Positions 36,428 through 46,202 of a stretch of 64,000 bases of DNA are shown here, in pieces (within the stretch, counting starts at the first letter, position 1; each line of letters begins with the position of its first letter). The stretch covers positions 32,578-96,577 of the forward strand of contig CAWEDQ010000003.1 in the NCBI GenBank assembly GCA_963807955.1. The letters run 5' to 3'. The translations under genes and the position numbers were made by a program. The notes beneath the pieces are model-generated. The model was given only the letters and a program-made list of their open reading frames with translations, was not told where the DNA came from and made no database searches. Source of the DNA: Terriglobia bacterium. GTDB taxonomy: Bacteria > Acidobacteriota > Terriglobia > Terriglobales > Acidobacteriaceae.

Positions 36428-36470
36428 TACTTTCTCCGTCTTCATTTCTCGATCAACTTGTTTTGCATGT

Positions 36471-37673
36471 CTAACCAATCTGAAGATTTTCTCGCAGAAT
36501 CCCTATGTCCTTATCGCCACGGCCGGAGACGTTCACAATCAGCACATCTGATTTCTTCATCTTCGGCGCGCGCTTGATGCATTCCGCCACGGCGTGGGAA
36601 GACTCCAGCGCGGGAATAATACCTTCTGTCCTCGCCAGCCTGACGCAGGCTTCGAGCGCTTCCGAATCAGAAGCCGCCACATACTCTGCGCGGCCGGAAT
36701 CGGCCAGCGCGGCGTGTTCCGGTCCAATCGAGGGATAATCCAGGCCCGCCGACACCGAATGAGTGGCGGCAATCTGCCCTGCCGCATCTTGCAGCACGTA
36801 AGAAAACGTTCCTTGCAGCACGCCGGCGGCGCCACCACGGAATCGCGCGGCATGATCGCCTAGTTTGTCGCCGCGTCCACCCGCTTCCACGCCCACCAGC
36901 TTCACTTTTTTGTCCTTGATAAACTCGTGGAAGATTCCAATCGCATTGGATCCGCCCCCGACACACGCAATAATCTGTGTGGGCAGCTTACCTTCCAACT
37001 TGAGAATCTGCGCACGCGCTTCGCGACCGATGACAGAATGGAAATCGCGCACCATGGTGGGATACGGATGAGCTCCCAGTACGCTGCCCAGCATGTAATG
37101 CGTGGTGCGAACATTGGTGACCCAGTCGCGCATGGCTTCATTGATGGCATCTTTCAATGTCTTTGAGCCGGATTCCACGCCGCGGACGTCCGCACCCAGC
37201 AGCCGCATGCGAAACACGTTGGGCTCCTGGCGCCGCATGTCTTCCACACCCATATACACCACGCACCCAAAACCGAACAGCGCGCAGACCGTGGCCGTGG
37301 CCACGCCGTGCTGTCCGGCGCCTGTTTCGGCGATGATCCTGTGCTTGCGCATGCGCTGCGCCAGCAACGCCTGGCCAATGCAGTTGTTGATCTTGTGCGC
37401 GCCGGTATGCAGCAGGTCTTCCCGCTTCAAATAGATTTTGGCGCCACCCAGCTCTTTGGTCAGTCTCTGGGCCAAGAACAACGAAGTTGGCCGTCCGGCA
37501 TATTCTTTCAGCAACCGCGCGAATTCCGCCTGAAACTTCTTGTCCTTGCGCGCTTTGGCGTATTGCGCTTCCAGCTCTTCCAGCGCCGCCATCAGCGTTT
37601 CCGGAACGTATCTGCCGCCATACACGCCGAACCTTCCAACCTGTGGCCTGGTCTTCAATGCCGCGCTACCCAT
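36471..37673 (-). CDS. trpB: tryptophan synthase beta chain
   Basis: [24 protein letters not shown] (PLP Lys) and GGGSNAIG motifs. The ATG at 37673 has SD GGAG. The ORF opens at 37706. Confidence 0.95.
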   Translation of the reverse strand: MGSAALKTRPQVGRFGVYGGRYVPETLMAALEELEAQYAKARKDKKFQAEFARLLKEYAGRPTSLFLAQRLTKELGGAKIYLKREDLLHTGAHKINNCIGQALLAQRMRKHRIIAETGAGQHGVATATVCALFGFGCVVYMGVEDMRRQEPNVFRMRLLGADVRGVESGSKTLKDAINEAMRDWVTNVRTTHYMLGSVLGAHPYPTMVRDFHSVIGREARAQILKLEGKLPTQIIACVGGGSNAIGIFHEFIKDKKVKLVGVEAGGRGDKLGDHAARFRGGAAGVLQGTFSYVLQDAAGQIAATHSVSAGLDYPSIGPEHAALADSGRAEYVAASDSEALEACVRLARTEGIIPALESSHAVAECIKRAPKMKKSDVLIVNVSGRGDKDIGILRENLQIG

Positions 37674-38331
37674 TTTTGTTCTCCGCTTTTCGTACCGAGT
37701 CCACAAAAGCCTTCAGCTTTTGCGGATCTTTTTTCCCCGCCTGCAACTCAACGCCGGAAACCACGTCCACGCCCCAGGGCGATAGTGTTCTGATTGCGTC
37801 GCCAACATTTTCGGGTGTGAGCCCGCCCGCCACAATGATCTGCGTTTCGGCAATGCCGGCGAACGCATTAGCAACGTCTTTTGCAGCAGCCCAGGCAAAA
37901 GTCTTGCCGCTTCCCGTGCCGGAATCAAGCAATACACAATCCGGCGGGCGTACTGCATTCATCACACTTTGCAGTTCATAGCGAAAATTGTCTTTGACCA
38001 GAACCGTCCTGATCACGCGGAAATCTTTATGACTGACGCGTTTCTCCGCAAGTCGGGCTGTATCGCCGCTCGACTCCTGACCATGCAACTGTACGCCCGT
38101 GAGTCCCGCTGCTTTCACCATGGACAATATATTTTCTACTTGCTCATCCACGAAGACGCCAATCTTCTCTATTTCGTCCGGCAATTGTTTCGTAATCGCC
38201 CTGACCTCAGTTGCGGTCACCTGGCGCTTGCTTGGAGCAAAGATAAAACCAAGGGCGTCCGCTCCCGCCGCAATCGATGCCATGGCATCAGCGAGAGACG
38301 TGGTACCGCAAAACTTGATCCAGGTGCGCAT
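37666..38331 (-). CDS. trpF: phosphoribosylanthranilate isomerase
   Basis: 221 aa. IKFCGTT...[30 protein letters not shown]. Confidence 0.9.
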   Translation of the reverse strand: MRTWIKFCGTTSLADAMASIAAGADALGFIFAPSKRQVTATEVRAITKQLPDEIEKIGVFVDEQVENILSMVKAAGLTGVQLHGQESSGDTARLAEKRVSHKDFRVIRTVLVKDNFRYELQSVMNAVRPPDCVLLDSGTGSGKTFAWAAAKDVANAFAGIAETQIIVAGGLTPENVGDAIRTLSPWGVDVVSGVELQAGKKDPQKLKAFVDSVRKAENKNG

Positions 38332-38363
38332 AAAAGTATGTCAGAAAAAAAGATGTTCGCGGC

Positions 38364-39203
38364 TTACTGGACTGTGCCACGCCAATGGGGGGAAGAAGAC
38401 GCTGAGGGTGAATACCAGCCGGCATCATGCAGCAGTTGCTGGAGTTGTTGCCCTGGGTCTTCAGCGCGCATGAGCGCTTCACCAATCAAAAACGCATGGT
38501 AGCCGGCCGCGTGCAGTTCGCGGATGTCAGAACCCTTATCGATGCCGCTTTCGGCGATGCGCAAAACATGATTGGGAATGCTCTCAGCCATCTCGATCAG
38601 AGTGTCCAGACTGACATGGAAGGTCTTGAGGTCACGGCTGTTCACGCCGATCACGTCTGCGCCGCCTTCCAGCGCGCGCTTCAACTCCTCCATATTGTGT
38701 ACTTCGCACAACACGTCCAGGTCCATGGCTTCGGCCCGGTCAAGCAGGTTCCGGAAAGCAGCATCGTCCAGCGCCGCCAGGATAAGCAGGATCGCATCAG
38801 CGTTGTGGGCCCTTGATTCGAGTATCTGAAATTCATCCACGATGAAATCTTTGCGCAGGCACGGAAGTTCGGTAGCGGCAGACGCTTCCAGCAAGTTAGT
38901 CAGCGATCCCTGAAAGAATTGTTCGTCCGTAAGTACGGAGAGGGCGGATGCGCCGTTCCGGGCCAGTTGGTTGGCCAGCAATCCAACGGGAAATGTTCCG
39001 CGGATCACGCCTTTGGAAGGCGACGCCTTTTTCAGCTCAGCAATGACGGCCGGCCCAAGCTGGGCCATGGCCTGAAGACGTTTGCGAAACCCGCGCGGTT
39101 CGTGCGATGCAGCCATCTGCTCCAGCACGCGCATATCTGCAGCGGCGCGGGAACGTTCTACCCGTTCGCGGGTTGCGGCAAGGATCTCATCTAGTTTACT
39201 CAT
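38364..39203 (-). CDS. trpC: indole-3-glycerol phosphate synthase
   Basis: 279 aa. AVIAELKKASPSKG, LRKDFIVDE, IGVNSRDL and ESGI motifs. Confidence 0.92.
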   Translation of the reverse strand: MSKLDEILAATRERVERSRAAADMRVLEQMAASHEPRGFRKRLQAMAQLGPAVIAELKKASPSKGVIRGTFPVGLLANQLARNGASALSVLTDEQFFQGSLTNLLEASAATELPCLRKDFIVDEFQILESRAHNADAILLILAALDDAAFRNLLDRAEAMDLDVLCEVHNMEELKRALEGGADVIGVNSRDLKTFHVSLDTLIEMAESIPNHVLRIAESGIDKGSDIRELHAAGYHAFLIGEALMRAEDPGQQLQQLLHDAGWYSPSASSSPHWRGTVQ

Positions 39204-39290
39204 GAGGCTTGAGTGCTTAGACCATCCAGTATATGTGATCGCATGGAAAAATCGAAACCTGAATCCGTTCTGATCAAAACGCCGGAGCCG

Positions 39291-40127
39291 CTAGGGTTGC
39301 TTGCCCCAATCGAATGAGAGATGCGGAGCACAGCCCTTGCTGGTTGCGCTTACCTCGATGGTGCCCGAGGTCCGGCCTTTGACGAACGGCGTCAGCTGCG
39401 CATGAAAGTGTCCGCTCTTGTCCGGCAGCACGGCGGCAGTGTGCACTTCCTGAAAAGATTGCGTTTTAAAAATCACGTCAGCGCCTGGTTCAAAGCCTTT
39501 CCCGCGAACCGCAACCAATTCAAAGTTAGGGCTCAACCGGATCGCTTCCAGACTGCAGGCTTTTTCGCTCGCGATGATTGGATCGGGCACGATGGAAAAG
39601 AAAGCTCTGGCCTTCTTGTCCTGTGAGACCAGCGCATGCCGGTAAATCTCGCCCTTCTCCGGGGCGTAGTTAAGCTTCAGCTCCGCGCCTTTGAAGCGTT
39701 GCGCGCAGCTGTTGGTGGAATCCGCCGGACAGCCAACCGTGCCATCTTGTGCAATCACCAGGCCATCCATCATCACGACCGGAGCGCCCATGGTGATCGG
39801 CCACACCATCAGTTTGTATATCTGATTATGCGGCGCACCGCTCACCTTCAGCCGATATTCGAAAGCCTGGTGCCCCCGCACTTCTGCTTTCTTGAGCAGT
39901 GTGGTTGTCGCCTTCACGCCCGCCGATGACGACTTTTCCCAGCTCATAGTTGCTTCAACGGTTGCAGCGGCGCGTTGCTCGTCGCTCACTGGCCTGGGCG
40001 TGGCAGCCGCGTTCGGTGCAGCTTTGGCGGGGGCTTTCGCGGGTGGCTTGGCCGGCTGTTGCGCTGAGCCAGCCGCAACAAACGAAGCAAGAAATAGGAA
40101 CGCGGATATCAGTAATTTTGTACGCAT
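39291..40127 (-). CDS. hypothetical secreted protein
   Basis: 278 aa. Signal peptide MRTKLLISAFLFLASFVAAGSAQ, then an Ala/Pro/Lys-rich linker and a globular part. No family recognised. Confidence 0.7.
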   Translation of the reverse strand: MRTKLLISAFLFLASFVAAGSAQQPAKPPAKAPAKAAPNAAATPRPVSDEQRAAATVEATMSWEKSSSAGVKATTTLLKKAEVRGHQAFEYRLKVSGAPHNQIYKLMVWPITMGAPVVMMDGLVIAQDGTVGCPADSTNSCAQRFKGAELKLNYAPEKGEIYRHALVSQDKKARAFFSIVPDPIIASEKACSLEAIRLSPNFELVAVRGKGFEPGADVIFKTQSFQEVHTAAVLPDKSGHFHAQLTPFVKGRTSGTIEVSATSKGCAPHLSFDWGKQP

Positions 40128-40224
40128 GAAGCCGTGAGAATATCACAAGAAGCCGCCCTTGGTTGCTCCGGCGCAACGCCCTCTGTATAGTGGCCTTTCC
40201 ACACGCTCGATTACGAGGAGGCTC

Positions 40225-42237
40225 ATGTTCAATAGCTTATCCGGAAGCGCGAAGCTCATCTCCACCTTTCTTCTCTTCACAGTTTTATCGCCTCTTGCTG
40301 TCGCGCAAACGAATGCGGCACAGGATTCCGCTTCCGTTAAGAAGCCGTCGCATGAGGCGCATGAAGCCTTGCTGCATACGCTCTTCTCTGCGCGAGGTTT
40401 CGGCCAGGTTTCGATCTCTCCGGACGGGAAACGCGTTGCGTGGGTGGAGGCGACAGCGGGAAAGTCATCTTTGTTCGTTTCGTCCACCGCTCCCGGCGAC
40501 AAGCCTCGTCGCATCACGATCGGCATGGTGATCGGACAACATTCAGAAGACTCTCCGGCATGGTCGCCTGACAGCCAGCGCCTTGCTTTCCTCTCAGACG
40601 TAGCAAAGCCCGGACAATCACAGCTCTACGTCACCACCCTGGGCGCGAGTCCCGCCCGCAAAGTGACAAACGTTAAAGGATTGCTTGCCGCACCGGCATG
40701 GTCGCCGGATGGAAAGCGCCTGGGCATTCTCTTAACGGAAAATGCGAACCGCGCCGCCGGACCGCTGGTGGCTGAAGCCGCGCAGACCGGTGTGATCAAA
40801 GATGCAGTCACCGAACAACGGCTCGCAGTGGTCGATGCCGCCGGTGGCAAACTGAATCAGATTTCTCCGCCGGACATGTATGTGTACGAATTTGACTGGT
40901 CGCCTGACAGCACGCGCTTTGTCACCACCGCCGCACATGGCAACGGTGACAACAACTGGTATATCGCGGAAATCTACACGGTGAGCGCAAGCGGCGGCGC
41001 CATGAAATCGATTTACAAACCGACGCTTCAGGTGGCCAACCCCGCATGGTCGCCGGATGGTAAATCAGTTGCCTTCATCTCTGGACTGATGAGTGATGAA
41101 CCTTCAGTTGGTGGTGACGTTTACGTTGTACCGGCCGAGGGCGGCGAAGCACGCAACATTACGCCGGAAATGAAAGCCTCAGCCAGTTGGCTCACGTGGG
41201 CCGGTCCGCAAACCATCCTCTTTGGTGAGGACGTGGATGGAGAAACCGGCGTCGCCACCGTGGATGTTACTGGTGGAAAGATTGAAACGCTGTGGCACGG
41301 CCGGGAACTGATCTCGGCCGATGGGTCAGGTTCGGTCGCGAAAGACGGAAAAATGTCCGCCGTTGTGCGCCAGTCACTCAGCCAGCCGCCGGAAGTATGG
41401 GCTGGGCCCATCGGGCAGTGGAAACAAATTACCTCAGCGAATCGCGATCTCAAGCCCGTGTGGGGGGAAGCAAAAAGCCTGCATTGGTCCAATGATGGTT
41501 TCAACCTTCAAGGCTGGCTGCTCTATCCGCAGAATTTTGATCCCAGTAAGCATTACCCCATGGTTGTTTCTGTGCATGGTGGACCTGGCGCCATGCTCCA
41601 TTCATCGTGGCCGGGCCCGCACAGCTTCGCTGTAGCGCTCTCCGCGGCAGGATATTTCGTTTTCTTCCCCAACCCTCGCGGAAGTTTCGGCCAGGGTGAG
41701 GCCTTCACCCGCGCCAACGTAAAAGATTTTGGCTACGGAGACTTCCGCGACATTATGACGGGCGTGGACCAGGTGCTCAAACAAGCACCCGTCGACGAAC
41801 ACCGGCTGGGCATCACCGGGTGGAGCTATGGCGGTTACATGACCATGTGGGCCGTCACGCAGACTGATCGATTTGCGGCAGCCGTGGCCGGAGCCGGCCT
41901 GGCGAACTTTCAAAGCTACTATGGCCAGAACCAGATTGATCAGTGGATGATCCCCTTTTTCGGCGCGTCAGTCTATGACGATCCCCAGGTTTACGCGCGC
42001 AGCTCACCCATTACGTTCATCAAGAAAGCCAGGACGCCAACACTTGTCGTGGTTGGTGATAGTGACGGCGAATGTCCAACGCCGCAATCGTACGAATTCT
42101 GGCATGCTCTGAAGACACTCAACGTTCCTACCGAGCTTGTAGTGTATGAGCACGAAGGACACAGTTTCGCCGATCCCAGACACCAGCGCGACGTTATTGA
42201 ACGCGTGATGGAGTGGTTTGATGGCCGGCTCAAATAA
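40225..42237 (+). CDS. S9-family serine peptidase (prolyl oligopeptidase / acylaminoacyl peptidase-like) with an N-terminal beta-propeller
   Basis: The ATG at 40225 follows GAGGAGG and gives a signal peptide. Repeated WSPDG(K) propeller motifs. C-terminal GWSYGG nucleophile elbow, GDSDGECP (Asp) and HEGHSF (His). Confidence 0.9.
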   Translation: MFNSLSGSAKLISTFLLFTVLSPLAVAQTNAAQDSASVKKPSHEAHEALLHTLFSARGFGQVSISPDGKRVAWVEATAGKSSLFVSSTAPGDKPRRITIGMVIGQHSEDSPAWSPDSQRLAFLSDVAKPGQSQLYVTTLGASPARKVTNVKGLLAAPAWSPDGKRLGILLTENANRAAGPLVAEAAQTGVIKDAVTEQRLAVVDAAGGKLNQISPPDMYVYEFDWSPDSTRFVTTAAHGNGDNNWYIAEIYTVSASGGAMKSIYKPTLQVANPAWSPDGKSVAFISGLMSDEPSVGGDVYVVPAEGGEARNITPEMKASASWLTWAGPQTILFGEDVDGETGVATVDVTGGKIETLWHGRELISADGSGSVAKDGKMSAVVRQSLSQPPEVWAGPIGQWKQITSANRDLKPVWGEAKSLHWSNDGFNLQGWLLYPQNFDPSKHYPMVVSVHGGPGAMLHSSWPGPHSFAVALSAAGYFVFFPNPRGSFGQGEAFTRANVKDFGYGDFRDIMTGVDQVLKQAPVDEHRLGITGWSYGGYMTMWAVTQTDRFAAAVAGAGLANFQSYYGQNQIDQWMIPFFGASVYDDPQVYARSSPITFIKKARTPTLVVVGDSDGECPTPQSYEFWHALKTLNVPTELVVYEHEGHSFADPRHQRDVIERVMEWFDGRLK

Positions 42238-42355
42238 ACGTTCAAAGCCGACTTCCACTTTCACTCCGGCACCGGGTTACAGAGAAAGGGTAATAGACGT
42301 TACATGCCCAGCCAGTTACTCTGAGGAATCCTCCTGGAGAATTTTGAGGTTTCGC

Positions 42356-42730
42356 ATGTGCCCGGCGCATTATAAGCCCAGTATCCTTCTTGTGAACGGC
42401 ACCGCAACCGTACAGAACCTGCGCCTGCTCATGCTCCGCATGCGAGGTTATACGGTCCATGGGGCACTCAGTCTCAGCGATGCGCGCCGCCTTCTGACAG
42501 CACAATCTTACGAACTGGTGATCGTGGACGTTGGGCATTACGCCGGGCCCGGGCTGGCGTTCTGCGAAGAGGTGCGGACATCGCATCCGCACGTGAAAGT
42601 AATGCTCCAGGTGGAAGATAACCTGCTTCCCTTTAAGCATGAGTGCCCGGATAAAGTGATACCCAAGCAGGAAGGGCCTCAAGCTTTTGTGAGTGAAGTG
42701 GAAAAAGTGCTGGCGACCGGCGCAAGCTGA
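42356..42730 (+). CDS. receiver-like single-domain protein (partly degenerate)
   Basis: From the ATG at 42356, 124 aa: SILLVNGT (no acidic pair), GYTVHGA, YELVIVDVGH (Asp present), VKVMLQV. Resembles the 7357 and 9122 proteins. Confidence 0.55.
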   Translation: MCPAHYKPSILLVNGTATVQNLRLLMLRMRGYTVHGALSLSDARRLLTAQSYELVIVDVGHYAGPGLAFCEEVRTSHPHVKVMLQVEDNLLPFKHECPDKVIPKQEGPQAFVSEVEKVLATGAS

Positions 42731-42760
42731 GGAGTAGACCCACGGCTAAAGAACAAAGAC

Positions 42761-43264
42761 CTATGACCTCTTTGGCTTCCATTGATCCAGAAAGTCGATC
42801 ACGTCCTGTTCGGTGAGCAGATGTGCTTTCTCAAACTCGCTGCTGGAAGTCACCAGGGCGTTTTTCCCATCAATCACTGCGACTGAAGGCACGCCCTTGC
42901 CAAGATCAACATGGTACTGTTTGGCCAGAGCCAGGTTCCTGTCATATTGCCCCACGTCCACATGAACCACCACGTAATTTCCTTGCAGCAGCGGCGCCAC
43001 ACGGGGCTGGTGGAAAGCGCGTTCCAGTATGTGGCAGTCAATGCACCAGTTTGCCCCAAAGACCAGCAGGACACGCTTATTCTGCTTCAGCGCTGCTGCT
43101 CTGGCTTCCTGAATTTCTTTGGGCGCATTCACGCCTTCACGATAGAGCTTGGGGTTGATGGTTGCAGGCCGCTCAAGCGGCGCGGGCTTCCATTGAGCTG
43201 ACGCCACTGACGCCGCTGTCGCCAAACCGCACAACAGAAACGCCACCGCGCCCAGCCACTTCAT
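42761..43264 (-). CDS. secreted thioredoxin-fold protein (CxxC)
   Basis: Signal peptide MKWLGAVAFLLCGLATAASVASAQ. Thioredoxin-like VLLVFGANWCIDCH active-site motif. Confidence 0.8.
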   Translation of the reverse strand: MKWLGAVAFLLCGLATAASVASAQWKPAPLERPATINPKLYREGVNAPKEIQEARAAALKQNKRVLLVFGANWCIDCHILERAFHQPRVAPLLQGNYVVVHVDVGQYDRNLALAKQYHVDLGKGVPSVAVIDGKNALVTSSSEFEKAHLLTEQDVIDFLDQWKPKRS

Positions 43265-43299
43265 TCTACGGACCATACTCCGATTTTAAATCCAACCGC

Positions 43300-44232
43300 C
43301 TACTTGGGCGAAACCACGCGTCCGTACTCTGACGCGCGCGATACCCGGTCAAAGTAGCTGTAAGTAAGCTCGGCAATCTTTCGGATCGCAGCCGATCCGT
43401 CTTTTTCGTCCTTCAGGTACGTGGTCATCACGCAAAGAATATAAGGACGGCCTTTGATAAAGATGATCCCTGAATCATTGCGCACAGCTTCCAGTTCACC
43501 GGGCTTGTTCGCGGCGACGGCATCATCCGGCATCCCTTGCAGCATGGAACTCTCTTTATGAGTGCTCAGGATTTTGATGAAGTCAGCGGTCAACTCCTTA
43601 TTCAGCAGCTTGCCGCTGTAGACGGCTTCCAGAAGCGTCATCATTTCTCGCGGAGTGGAAACGTTTTCTCGTCCTTCCGAGGCGGCATTCAGGTCCATCA
43701 TCTTTCGCCGCAGGCGAGTGCTCTTCAGCCCCACATTGACCAGCATGGCGTTGATATCATCCATGCCTAGCCGCCCTATGAGAACGTTGGTGGCGCTGTT
43801 ATCACTTACCGCAACCATGATGGTGGCCAACTCGCGCAACGTCAGCCGCGTAACGCCCGGCGTCATTCCCAGCATGATGTCACTGCCTGACACCAGATCT
43901 TCTTTGCGAACCACATAATCATCGGTCAACTTGATTTTGCCGTGCTGCGCCTGAAGAAATAGATCGGCCAGAACTGCAATCTTGATAGAGCTGGCCTGTG
44001 GCATGATCTCGTCGCCGTGCAATAGAAATTCCTTACCGGAGGCCAGGTCTTTAATTGCCACGGCCAATACTCCATCCAGGTTGGTATCGACTTTTGCAAT
44101 GTTGTCCTGCAGCTTGCGCCAGAGAATTTCCTGCTTCTCTGCTTCGGGTTGGTCAGGACAGCATTGCGCGAAGGCGGCCTGCCCCGCGGAAATCGTTAAA
44201 ATCAACATCAATGCGGCTTTGGCTTTAATCAT
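43300..44232 (-). CDS. class A beta-lactamase-like serine hydrolase
   Basis: Signal peptide. SSIK (S-x-x-K), SDN, an E-x3-N loop (EGREN), and KPG in place of KTG/KSG. Confidence 0.85.
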   Translation of the reverse strand: MIKAKAALMLILTISAGQAAFAQCCPDQPEAEKQEILWRKLQDNIAKVDTNLDGVLAVAIKDLASGKEFLLHGDEIMPQASSIKIAVLADLFLQAQHGKIKLTDDYVVRKEDLVSGSDIMLGMTPGVTRLTLRELATIMVAVSDNSATNVLIGRLGMDDINAMLVNVGLKSTRLRRKMMDLNAASEGRENVSTPREMMTLLEAVYSGKLLNKELTADFIKILSTHKESSMLQGMPDDAVAANKPGELEAVRNDSGIIFIKGRPYILCVMTTYLKDEKDGSAAIRKIAELTYSYFDRVSRASEYGRVVSPK

Positions 44233-44315
44233 GGAGATGTGCAGTGTACATCAATCGCCTCGACCATCAGAATGCACAGCCGGCCGAACGAGCTGCCGGG
44301 CGTATACTCGATGGC

Positions 44316-45098
44316 ATGGCGCATATCGAATCGCATGCTCCGGGATCTTTCTGCTGGATTGAATTAGGAACCACAGACCAACAAGCCGCAAAAACTTTCT
44401 ATGCAAAACTATTCGGCTGGAGTGTAAATGAGTTTCCCATGGGACCAGGAGAAACCTATTCGGTCTTCCAGTTGAACGGGCGCGATACGGGCGGCGGCTA
44501 CACTTTGCGCAAGGACCAGCGCGACCAGGGAGTTCCCCCACACTGGATGCTCTTCATTGCCGTGCAAGATGCTGATGCTAAGGTCGCCAAGGTCACCAGC
44601 GCCGGCGGCAAGGTCGTGATGCCGGCAATCGACGTAATGGAACTAGGCCGCATGGCGGTATTGCAGGATCCCACGGGAGCCCTGTTTTCCATCTGGCAAG
44701 CCAAACAACACGGCGGCATCGGCGTCAAAGGCGATGGTACGCTCTGCTGGGCGGACCTGAATACCTCAGATCCTGCGCGCGCGGCCAGATTTTACTCTGA
44801 CGTTTTTGGATGGCAGGTGACCAAGGGCGAAAACGACCCGTCTGGCTACCTCCATATAAAGAACGGTGAACATTTCATTGGCGGCATGCCGCCGGCAGGG
44901 ATGTCTGGAGCAAATGCTCCGCCACACTGGATGTTGTATTTTCAAGTGGCAGACGTCTCCGCAACCGTTAAGCAGGCTTCAGCAGCGAACGCCATGGTCA
45001 TGATGCCGTCAACGGATATTCCCAACGTGGGAACCATGGCTGTGGTTGCCGATCCGCAAGGAGCAGTGTTTGCGTTGTTCAAGTCAGCGCGGGGATAA
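44316..45098 (+). CDS. two-domain VOC (glyoxalase/bleomycin-resistance) family protein
   Basis: Duplicated module: FCWIELGTTD..AKTFYAKLFGW and LCWADLNTSD..AARFYSDVFGW. The ATG at 44316 is preferred over the GTG at 44244. Confidence 0.8.
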   Translation: MAHIESHAPGSFCWIELGTTDQQAAKTFYAKLFGWSVNEFPMGPGETYSVFQLNGRDTGGGYTLRKDQRDQGVPPHWMLFIAVQDADAKVAKVTSAGGKVVMPAIDVMELGRMAVLQDPTGALFSIWQAKQHGGIGVKGDGTLCWADLNTSDPARAARFYSDVFGWQVTKGENDPSGYLHIKNGEHFIGGMPPAGMSGANAPPHWMLYFQVADVSATVKQASAANAMVMMPSTDIPNVGTMAVVADPQGAVFALFKSARG

Positions 45099-45557
45099 AT
45101 GGCAAATCAGCCGTATAGGCTCCTGCATGAGCAGCTTGTTCGCCGTCCGCTCGAAGAGGTTTTTGAATTCTTCGCGCGCGCGGAAAACCTTGAGACGCTT
45201 ATACCGGAATGGCTGAATTTCAAAATCGACAGCATCAATCCTGAGCCGGTGCAGAAAGGCACGTTGATTAACTACAAGCTGCGTGTCCGCGGATTGCCTT
45301 TGCGCTGGACCAGTGAAATTCAGGAATGGAATCCACCCGCCGGTTTTGTAGATTTGCAGACCCGCGGCCCTTACAAACTCTGGCACCACACGCATAAATT
45401 TATCGCCGAAGGCAATAACACCAGGATCATCGATGAGGTCCTTTATGACCTGCCATTCGGGCCGCTGGGAAAAATTGCTCACACCCTGATGGTGAAATCG
45501 GATGTGGAAAAGATTTTTCAATACAGGGAAATGAAAATTCGGGAATTATTCGGGTAA
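45099..45557 (+). CDS. SRPBCC-superfamily protein
   Basis: 152 aa. The pattern RPLEEVFEFF...NLETL.P.W......GPYKLWHHTH.F is typical of the cyclase/dehydrase-like SRPBCC fold. The start directly abuts the VOC gene stop. Confidence 0.75.
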   Translation: MANQPYRLLHEQLVRRPLEEVFEFFARAENLETLIPEWLNFKIDSINPEPVQKGTLINYKLRVRGLPLRWTSEIQEWNPPAGFVDLQTRGPYKLWHHTHKFIAEGNNTRIIDEVLYDLPFGPLGKIAHTLMVKSDVEKIFQYREMKIRELFG

Positions 45558-45640
45558 GCAGAGTTCTGCAATAGCGCCCTGGTATCTCTTGCTTTACAAT
45601 CCCTTGGCAACTGCATCTTACCTTTGTTGATGTCACTTCG

Positions 45641-46153
45641 ATGAGTTCTCATCCTAAAGGCTTTTTTGTCCGCAATTTCGGACTCCGAGGCATCGCCATT
45701 TTTGAGGCCCTGAAGGGCCTGGCGGCGCTGGCCATCGCTATTTGGGTGCTTACCCTGTTGCACAAAGATATGGTCCGCGTGGCGGAGCGTCTGCTGGAGG
45801 CCCTGCATATCGGCCTGGACCGCCATTTCGCCCAGCGCATTCTGCGGGCCGCCGGACGCATCACGGACAAGAACCTCTGGATGTTCATCAGTGTGATCGT
45901 TGTGTATACCTCGGTCCGATTCACTGAGGCTGTGGGCCTGTGGCTGGAAAAGGAATGGGCTGAATGGTTCGCCCTTCTCTCCGGCGCACTGTACATGCCA
46001 TACGAAATCTTTGAGCTGCTCCGGCACGCCACTGCTTTGAAGTGGGGAATCTTCGGGACAAATCTCATTATCGTCGTTTATATGGCGTGGCTGCTGAATG
46101 ACTCACGCAAGCGCAAGAACCTCGCTGTCCAAAGGGCCGAGCTGTCAGACTAG
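45641..46153 (+). CDS. DUF2127-like membrane protein
   Basis: 170 aa, four hydrophobic helices. N-terminal GLRGIAIFEALKGLAALAIA pattern as in DUF2127 proteins. Confidence 0.7.
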   Translation: MSSHPKGFFVRNFGLRGIAIFEALKGLAALAIAIWVLTLLHKDMVRVAERLLEALHIGLDRHFAQRILRAAGRITDKNLWMFISVIVVYTSVRFTEAVGLWLEKEWAEWFALLSGALYMPYEIFELLRHATALKWGIFGTNLIIVVYMAWLLNDSRKRKNLAVQRAELSD

Positions 46154-46202
46154 CCCTGACGGCCGTCTGGATGACGATGTTTTTAGACAGTCGTCATCAA
46201 CT

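Noticed and set aside
35480-36577. 365-aa plus-strand ORF
   Set aside because: Antisense to trpA and the end of trpB, both unambiguous. Treated as a shadow ORF.
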